Origin: an uncultured Muribaculaceae bacterium
Lineage (GTDB): Bacteria > Pseudomonadota > Alphaproteobacteria > Rs-D84
NCBI GenBank assembly: GCA_964576135.1
Contig: CAZNTZ010000002.1
Span: 21,306 to 53,305 of the forward strand
Length of the DNA stretch: 32,000 bases
Reading direction: 5' to 3'
Position 1 is the first letter of the stretch. Every line of letters starts with the position of its first letter. Below, in pieces: positions 25,629 to 32,000 of the stretch. The notes under the pieces are model-generated. The model was not told the origin of the DNA and did not search any database. It worked only from the letters and a program-made list of their open reading frames with translations. Made by a program: the position numbers and the translations under genes.

Positions 25629-27626
25629 TTACTCCACCAATAATAAATCATTTTCCAATTTATGAATCTGATCGCGAATTGAAGCAGCGCGCTCGAACTC
25701 TAAATTCTCGGCATTCTTTTTCATTTCGCGGGTAAGTTTTGTTATTTCCTTTCTTATTGCAGGTGCATCCATAACACCATCTTTGGTATAGATAAAATGT
25801 ATACCTTCGTCTTTTGTTCGCGCAGCCTCGTCTTTTTCTTTAACCTCTGCAAACACAGATTTTATAATCGATTTTGGTGTAATACCATTCTCTGTATTAT
25901 ATGCCATTTGTTTTTCACGTCTGCGTGATGTTTCATCAAGCGCTGCTTTCATAGAACGTGTAATTGAATCTGCATATAAAATAACACGACCATTTACATT
26001 TCTTGCCGCACGACCAATCGTTTGAATTAAACTGCGGGTCGATCTCAGGAATCCTTCTTTGTCGGCATCCATAATGCAAACCAATTCACATTCAGGAATA
26101 TCAAGCCCTTCGCGTAATAAATTTATTCCGACCAAAACATCAAATTCGCCAAGACGCAATTGACGTATTAATTCAATACGTTCAAGCGTTTCTACATCTG
26201 AATGCAGGTAACGCGCACGGATTTTATTTTCGTTCAAATAATCTGTTAATTGCTCTGACATCTTTTTGGTAAGCGTAGTAATTAAAACACGCCCTTTTAT
26301 ACCTTTGATTTCAACAAGCAAATCATCAACTTGATTCTTTGTTGGACGAATTTCGCACACTGGATCCAAAAGACCAGTTGGTCTGATAACTTGATCAACA
26401 ACTATGCCATGTGATTGCTGGAGCTCCCAATCAGACGGAGTGGCAGAAACAAAAATTGTTTGTGGGCGCAAAGAATCCCATTCTTCAAATGTGAGTGGTC
26501 GATTATCCAGCGCAGAAGGCAATCTGAAACCATAATCAACCAATGTTTGTTTACGTGAACGATCACCCTTATACATTGCCCCAATTTGCGGAACTGATAC
26601 ATGTGATTCATCAACAAATAAAATCGCATCTTTTGGTAAATATTCGAACAATGTTGGCGGTGGTTCGCCCGGTTTGCGACCAGATAAATAACGTGAATAA
26701 TTTTCAATTCCGCGACATGTACCAGTTGCTTCCATCATTTCAATATCGAAATTAGTACGCTCGCGAAGTCTTTGTTCTTCAAGATACTTCATGTTTGATT
26801 TAAAGTATTCAAGCCTCTGGGCCAGATCTTCTCTGATTTCTCCGATTGCTTGTAATACTGTTGGCTGGGGGGTTGCATAGTGAGTATTTGGGTAAATAAC
26901 AACCTGTGTCATATTACGCGTCTTACCACCAGTTAATGTGTCGAATTCCCAAATATCTTCAAGTTCTTGACCAAAGAATGAAAGTTTCCAACCGCGATCT
27001 TGGCTGTGTGAAGGAAATATATCAAGTACATCACCACGCACCCGGAATTCGCCACGATTAAATCCTATGTCGTTTCTTTTATATTGCAAATCAACCAATG
27101 TTCTAATTACATCAGAAATACCAACCTTATCCCCCTGTGAAAACGATTCTTTCATTCCAGAATAAGTTTCGGGCGATCCAAGACCATAAATACTTGATAC
27201 AGAAGATACAACGATAACATCGCGCTCTTCAAGCATTGCACGTGTTGCACTGTGTCGCATGCGATCCAATTGATCATTTATTGATGAATCTTTATCAATA
27301 TAAGTATCTGTTGTAGGCACATATGCTTCTGGTTGATAATAGTCATAGTAAGAAACGAAATATTCCACATGATTATTTGGAAAAAAACTCTTCATTTCGG
27401 TATAAAGCTGGGCAGCCAGAATTTTATTTGGTGCCATAATAATACTTGGCCTGCCCGTATTTGCGATTATATTGGCCATTGTGAAAGTTTTTCCGGAACC
27501 AGTAACGCCCAATAAAACTTGATTATTTTCATTTTTATCAAGACCTGCTGTCAATTCCTTGATCGCAGATGGTTGATCACCGGTTGGCTTATAATCACTG
27601 ACAAGATTGAATATTTGTTTTTTCAT
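25629..27626 (-). CDS. uvrB: Excinuclease ABC subunit B
   Basis: The 665-aa product has [13 protein letters not shown] and [12 protein letters not shown], the helicase motifs, and a C-terminal UVR domain ([15 protein letters not shown]). Confidence 0.95.
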   Translation of the reverse strand: MKKQIFNLVSDYKPTGDQPSAIKELTAGLDKNENNQVLLGVTGSGKTFTMANIIANTGRPSIIMAPNKILAAQLYTEMKSFFPNNHVEYFVSYYDYYQPEAYVPTTDTYIDKDSSINDQLDRMRHSATRAMLEERDVIVVSSVSSIYGLGSPETYSGMKESFSQGDKVGISDVIRTLVDLQYKRNDIGFNRGEFRVRGDVLDIFPSHSQDRGWKLSFFGQELEDIWEFDTLTGGKTRNMTQVVIYPNTHYATPQPTVLQAIGEIREDLAQRLEYFKSNMKYLEEQRLRERTNFDIEMMEATGTCRGIENYSRYLSGRKPGEPPPTLFEYLPKDAILFVDESHVSVPQIGAMYKGDRSRKQTLVDYGFRLPSALDNRPLTFEEWDSLRPQTIFVSATPSDWELQQSHGIVVDQVIRPTGLLDPVCEIRPTKNQVDDLLVEIKGIKGRVLITTLTKKMSEQLTDYLNENKIRARYLHSDVETLERIELIRQLRLGEFDVLVGINLLREGLDIPECELVCIMDADKEGFLRSTRSLIQTIGRAARNVNGRVILYADSITRSMKAALDETSRRREKQMAYNTENGITPKSIIKSVFAEVKEKDEAARTKDEGIHFIYTKDGVMDAPAIRKEITKLTREMKKNAENLEFERAASIRDQIHKLENDLLLVE

Positions 27627-27681
27627 TTACAGGAATATTTAATCACATTATAATTGAATTGCAAAGCAAAGAGAGAGATTT

Positions 27682-30219
27682 ATGAAAAATTGGCACAAGA
27701 GGGTTTTATTCTGGTCGACGGTTACTGCCGTATCGCTGGCTGGGATTGCGACAGTATTCGTTCCGCCACTTATAAATTTTGATTTTTTAAAACCCAGACT
27801 TGAAACTGCAATTCTTAACAATGCGGGTCTGCATGCAACAATTGGTGGTAATGTCCGTCTTTCGTTGCTTGGAAACCCAAAGGTTATCGCCAACCAAGTT
27901 GCAATATCTGAATATAACGGTGTTGTAGATTCTGCTGTATTCAGAATCCCATGGAAAGAAGTTTTTGCACCACAAACATTTGGCACAACCATAGAACTTG
28001 TTAATGCAGATCTGGAACTTTCGGATCTTTCAACCCCTGCCTTTTCAAATCGTTTAATTTTTAATAATTCATCTGTTTTATTCATGGGTAAAAAATATAG
28101 TGATATAAATGGTGTTTTACAAAATGGAACTTTTGTTGGGACTGTGCGCACAGATGATCATAAATATTCAATTGGAGCTGTGGGTGGAAATTTCAGAATA
28201 ACAAATCCAGAAATAAAATTGGAAATGATAGGACAATTATTTTCGGATTCTGATGAAAACACTGGTGCAAACGGAACACTGTCAATAGAAACTGACAAAA
28301 TAAACCAATGGTTTGGTTTTACAGTTCCTAAATTCACAGATGTTGTTTCTGCAAATATGAAGTTTAAATGGTTTGGGGACGATTTAGAATTTTATGACAT
28401 TATTGGTGAAACCGGTGCATCTAAATTTCGCGGTGAAATACAAATTGGAAAAACGCATAATTCTGTAAAAATGTCTGCTGATAATCTGGACTTTGATTTA
28501 TCATTTATTTTGGGTAATTCTGAATTCTTGCGTAATGCAGATATTGATTTGAATCTTAATGGAAATTTAAAGTTTGGCGATCATATTTTCTCAACCGTCG
28601 AATTTGTTGGCATGAAATCAAATAGTGAATTTGAAATCAAACATTTAAGAGCTGTAAATTCGAAAGAATCTTATGTTGCGAGTGGTGTTATAAACGAATC
28701 CGGTGCCAAAGGATTGAAACTTGAAATCACCAAAAGCAGCGGTAATTTAACTTGCGATTTTTATGGAACAACCGAAGTTTGGCGTTGTGCAAAATTTGAT
28801 ATTAAAACCAAAAATTATTCTGCAACAGGTTCTGTCTCGGTCAATCCGAAATCGTATGAAATGACAATTGAATCTGATAATCTGCCTTTTGACACACTAC
28901 TGACAGAACTTAAAAAATATTTTGGACCACGCAATGGTATTATTACATTTAAATTAAAAGGTGCATCAGGACAGACCGAAGTAAAAAGTAATAATGTCAG
29001 AACTTTGACTCTAAAGGCTGATTTTGTATCACTTGAATCTCTTGATTTATCAGACATTTTACCATTACCAGAAATAATGTTAAAAGATGACGGCAAAGTT
29101 TATGTATCAATTGAAAATGGCAAATTAAAAAGCCTTGATTTCGAAGCCCCAGATTGGTCTTTTGCAATGTCCGGAGAGTCTTTTGTTCTTGAACATTCAG
29201 ATATAAAAAGATTTCTGGGCGCTGTTGCCCCAGAAATTGATTTATTTTTTATGCAGTCAAATTTACCAATTGTAATTTCTGGTGAATATAAAAAACCATA
29301 CATCAGAAAATTAGAAATAGAATTTGGAACAAACGTTTTACATGGGTACGCAGAATCTGGTAAATTTAACTTGAAATCAAATCAATTAAATATTGATGAA
29401 TTGATTGATGAAAACTTCAAATCATCTGATGAATCTGCGGCTTTTCTGCACAGCGAACCATTACTTGCCCCACTGGCAATAAAAAATTCTACAATATCTC
29501 TTTCTACAAAAAAGATAGTTATTGGTGGTGGAAATTATAAAAATTTTGTATTTGCACTGCGTCCAAATTCAGAACAATTTTCAATTACTGATGATGCTCT
29601 TGGAAATATGCTTGTATCCATAGATAAAAATAAAAACGATTATCAAATGATGATTCAGGCAAATAAATTCTTTGTTCCTGGAAAGTTACTTGATCAGTCA
29701 AGTCCATTGAATATAAGCGATACCGTAATTACAGCCCAGGCCAACCTGTCGACATTCGGACAAACATCACATGATATTCGTTATAATTTATCTGGTGATG
29801 TTGATATGACATTGGACGGTGGAACCCTTATTGGATTGGGCATAGATAATTTTTACAAAGGTGCACTGGATATAACAAGAACAAATGCAAAAGATGCAAT
29901 TCAAAATATGTTTAACGGTGGAACAACTGAAATTAAATCAATGCATATAGTTGGAAAATATAATTCTGGAATTTTGACAACATCACGTTTGTTCACACTT
30001 GGCGCAAAACATGCAAATATAAGTGGTAATTTACAAATCAATAATGGAAAAATTGCTGCAATTATGAATATATTATTACGTGGCACATCTGCAGAACCAA
30101 AAACATTACAACTTGGTATTGGATTTAATGGCGAAAGAAATTATTCAATTGATGACGCAATAATTGCAATTGATCCTGATTATACTGTTGCTTTTATAAA
30201 CAGCCACGATAAATTCTGA
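27682..30219 (+). CDS. AsmA family outer-membrane biogenesis protein
   Basis: The 845-aa product has an N-terminal anchor (VLFWSTVTAVSLAGIATVFV) followed by an AsmA-like start (FDFLKPRLETAILNNAGLHATIGGNVRLSLLGNPKV). The remainder is a long beta-rich sequence. Confidence 0.7.
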   Translation: MKNWHKRVLFWSTVTAVSLAGIATVFVPPLINFDFLKPRLETAILNNAGLHATIGGNVRLSLLGNPKVIANQVAISEYNGVVDSAVFRIPWKEVFAPQTFGTTIELVNADLELSDLSTPAFSNRLIFNNSSVLFMGKKYSDINGVLQNGTFVGTVRTDDHKYSIGAVGGNFRITNPEIKLEMIGQLFSDSDENTGANGTLSIETDKINQWFGFTVPKFTDVVSANMKFKWFGDDLEFYDIIGETGASKFRGEIQIGKTHNSVKMSADNLDFDLSFILGNSEFLRNADIDLNLNGNLKFGDHIFSTVEFVGMKSNSEFEIKHLRAVNSKESYVASGVINESGAKGLKLEITKSSGNLTCDFYGTTEVWRCAKFDIKTKNYSATGSVSVNPKSYEMTIESDNLPFDTLLTELKKYFGPRNGIITFKLKGASGQTEVKSNNVRTLTLKADFVSLESLDLSDILPLPEIMLKDDGKVYVSIENGKLKSLDFEAPDWSFAMSGESFVLEHSDIKRFLGAVAPEIDLFFMQSNLPIVISGEYKKPYIRKLEIEFGTNVLHGYAESGKFNLKSNQLNIDELIDENFKSSDESAAFLHSEPLLAPLAIKNSTISLSTKKIVIGGGNYKNFVFALRPNSEQFSITDDALGNMLVSIDKNKNDYQMMIQANKFFVPGKLLDQSSPLNISDTVITAQANLSTFGQTSHDIRYNLSGDVDMTLDGGTLIGLGIDNFYKGALDITRTNAKDAIQNMFNGGTTEIKSMHIVGKYNSGILTTSRLFTLGAKHANISGNLQINNGKIAAIMNILLRGTSAEPKTLQLGIGFNGERNYSIDDAIIAIDPDYTVAFINSHDKF

Positions 30220-30223
30220 TATT

Positions 30224-30250
30224 AAAAAACCGGTGTTTTCACCGGTTTTT
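30224..30250. terminator. Bidirectional rho-independent terminator between the asmA-family gene and aspS
   Basis: The sequence AAAAAACCGGTG-TTTT-CACCGGTTTTT lies between the two convergent TGA stops. Confidence 0.85.
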
Positions 30251-30251
30251 A

Positions 30252-32000
30252 TCAGTTTTTCTTTCTTACTTGGATATGTACTTCTCGTAATTGCTGCTCG
30301 GTTACTTCGCGCGGTGCCCCAAGCATTAAATCTTGGCCGCGTTGGTTTGTTGGAAACGCAACAACTTCGCGTAAGTTTGGTTCATCCAACATTATTTGAA
30401 CCAATCTATCAATACCAAATGCACATCCACCATGCGGTGGTGCACCGTATTGAAACGCTGCATACATTCCACCGAACTTTGCACGGACTTCTTCTTCGCC
30501 GTAACCAGCAATCGCAAATGCTTTGACCATTGTTTCGGGATTATAGTTACGAAGACCACCGCTGCAAATTTCTGCGCCATTTAATACCATATCAAATTGA
30601 TTTGCTTTGATTGACAATGGGTCACCGGATAATTCGCCACGTGGCAACGAAAACGGATTATGTCCGAAATCAATTTTTCCAGTTTCTTCGTTCAATTCAT
30701 ACATTGGGAATTCTTCAACCCAACATAAACGGAATTCCTTCTTATCTATCAATCCAAGATCATCGCCCAGACGGCTACGCAATTTTCCCGCTGCTTTGGC
30801 TGCCTTTTCTGCGTTATCGCAAACAAAGAACATTGATGAATTATCACCAGAAATTGCATGCAACTTTTCTATACGTGCAGAATCCAGTTTTTTTGCAACT
30901 GGCCCTTTGGCTTCTTCTGCAAATATTATATAACCCAATCCACCAAGTCCAAGTTCCTTGGTTGCAAATTCACCCAGTTTATCAAACCATGAACGTGCCT
31001 TGTCCGCAGAGTTTGGTGCAGGAATTGCACGTACAACTGCTCCATTTTTAACTGCATCTGCAAAAACTCCGAAATCAGAATCACGGAATATTTCTGTAAC
31101 ATCTGAAATTTCAATTGGGTTACGCAAATCTGGTTTATCCGTACCATATTTCATCATTGCTGTATCAAATGGAATATGTGGAATATCTGATGCAATTTTT
31201 GCATCAGGAACAAATTCACGAATCATTGCCGGCATCAATTTATCACCAACTGCTTGAATATCAAGCAAATCGACAAAGCTCATTTCTAAATCAAGTTGAT
31301 AGAATTCCAACAATCTGTCAGCACGTAAATCTTCGTCACGGAAACATGGCGCAATTTGAAAATACCGGTCGAATCCAGAAATTTGCAGCAATTGTTTGAA
31401 CTGTTGTGGTGCAAATTTCTGGATTCGACCATGATGATGACGTGATGGCACAATGTAATCGCGCGCTCCTTCGGGGCTTGATACTGTTAAAATTGGTGTT
31501 TGAAATTCTGAAAATCCCATATTCCACATTTCATCGCGCAAGAATTTCATAACACGGTTGCGGAATAAAATATTTTTATGTAATGATTCACGGCGCAAAT
31601 CTATGTATCTGTATTTCAATCTCAAATCTTCGGCAACACTGTCATCATCACCGAATACTTGAAATGGTAAAACTTCGGCGTTTGTTAATATTTCCCATGA
31701 TGACGCTTTGATCTCAATTGCGCCCGTTGGAATTTTATCGTTTATTGCGGCTGCGTCACGCGCTGCAACAGTACCATGCACTAAAATTACTGATTCTGGA
31801 TGAATCTTTTCCAAATCCGGATCACCGCCATCAAATACAATTTGGGTTATTCCGTAATTATCGCGCAGGTCAACGAACAACAACGATCCATGGTCACGCT
31901 TGCGATGAACCCAACCTGATAAAATTACAGATTCTCCGACATTCTTTGCAGATAATTCTCCGCATGTATGTGTACGATATTTAGATTTAAGTGATAGCAT
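30252..32000 (-). CDS. aspS: Aspartate--tRNA ligase (class IIb)
   Basis: The N-terminus contains YRTHTCGEL and an OB fold. Other AspRS motifs present are GFSEFQTPIL, FQIAPCFRDEDLRADR and the C-terminal GGCAFGIDRLV. The ATG falls exactly at the window edge. An unusual internal segment is described in the findings. Confidence 0.93.
   Translation of the reverse strand: MLSLKSKYRTHTCGELSAKNVGESVILSGWVHRKRDHGSLLFVDLRDNYGITQIVFDGGDPDLEKIHPESVILVHGTVAARDAAAINDKIPTGAIEIKASSWEILTNAEVLPFQVFGDDDSVAEDLRLKYRYIDLRRESLHKNILFRNRVMKFLRDEMWNMGFSEFQTPILTVSSPEGARDYIVPSRHHHGRIQKFAPQQFKQLLQISGFDRYFQIAPCFRDEDLRADRLLEFYQLDLEMSFVDLLDIQAVGDKLMPAMIREFVPDAKIASDIPHIPFDTAMMKYGTDKPDLRNPIEISDVTEIFRDSDFGVFADAVKNGAVVRAIPAPNSADKARSWFDKLGEFATKELGLGGLGYIIFAEEAKGPVAKKLDSARIEKLHAISGDNSSMFFVCDNAEKAAKAAGKLRSRLGDDLGLIDKKEFRLCWVEEFPMYELNEETGKIDFGHNPFSLPRGELSGDPLSIKANQFDMVLNGAEICSGGLRNYNPETMVKAFAIAGYGEEEVRAKFGGMYAAFQYGAPPHGGCAFGIDRLVQIMLDEPNLREVVAFPTNQRGQDLMLGAPREVTEQQLREVHIQVRKKN
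31367..31430. repeat. Perfect 21-bp inverted repeat with a 22-nt spacer inside aspS
   Basis: Positions 31367-31387 read GGTCGAATCCAGAAATTTGCA. Positions 31410-31430 read TGCAAATTTCTGGATTCGACC, which is the exact reverse complement. I verified this base by base. Confidence 0.95.

Noticed and set aside
30392-30584. Two 62-aa track ORFs on opposite strands with almost mirrored coordinates, which hinted at a large palindrome in aspS
   Set aside because: Their peptide sequences are unrelated, so the DNA is not palindromic here. The only true inverted repeat in aspS is the one at 31367-31430.
1-32000. An alternative genetic code or stop-codon reassignment as the explanation for the two fused ORFs
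   Set aside because: Reassignment would extend many genes. Here TAA and TGA both terminate conserved proteins at their expected lengths (TGA for ftsQ, asmA and aspS; TAA for yebC and xthA), so the standard code fits.

Overview
This is a compact, AT-rich window that is almost entirely coding: about 31 protein-coding genes and 2 tRNA genes. Genes are separated by very short spacers or overlap by 1-18 nt. The gene content is housekeeping: recG, mnmE, ruvA, yebC, xthA, secB, mltA, addB-like, ruvC, engB, rsmI, lpoA-like, lolCD, ftsQ, ftsA, rpe, tsaE, uvrB, asmA-family and aspS. The gene neighbourhoods (secB next to mltA and a DUF721 gene, rsmI divergent from an lpoA-like gene, an alphaproteobacterial-type AddB) suggest by inference a reduced-genome alphaproteobacterium of Rickettsiales or Holosporales type. 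I see no transposases, integrases, phage genes or CRISPR arrays. Five things stand out. (1) Two pairs of normally separate genes form single uninterrupted reading frames: AddB-like with RuvC, and FtsA with ribulose-phosphate 3-epimerase. (2) A perfect 21-bp inverted repeat inside aspS overwrites the conserved FYALPQS motif. (3) An orphan secretin-like outer-membrane lipoprotein is packed into an operon with lolC-lolD. Beside it are two unknown small proteins, and upstream sits a palindromic back-to-back promoter pair. (4) The dcw cluster is only a remnant: a degenerate glycosyltransferase-like gene sits where ddl is expected, and ftsZ does not follow ftsA. (5) Several convergent gene pairs share a near-identical bidirectional hairpin terminator, while other convergent pairs simply overlap at their 3' ends. 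All functional calls come from reading motifs in the supplied translations. No database search was run.
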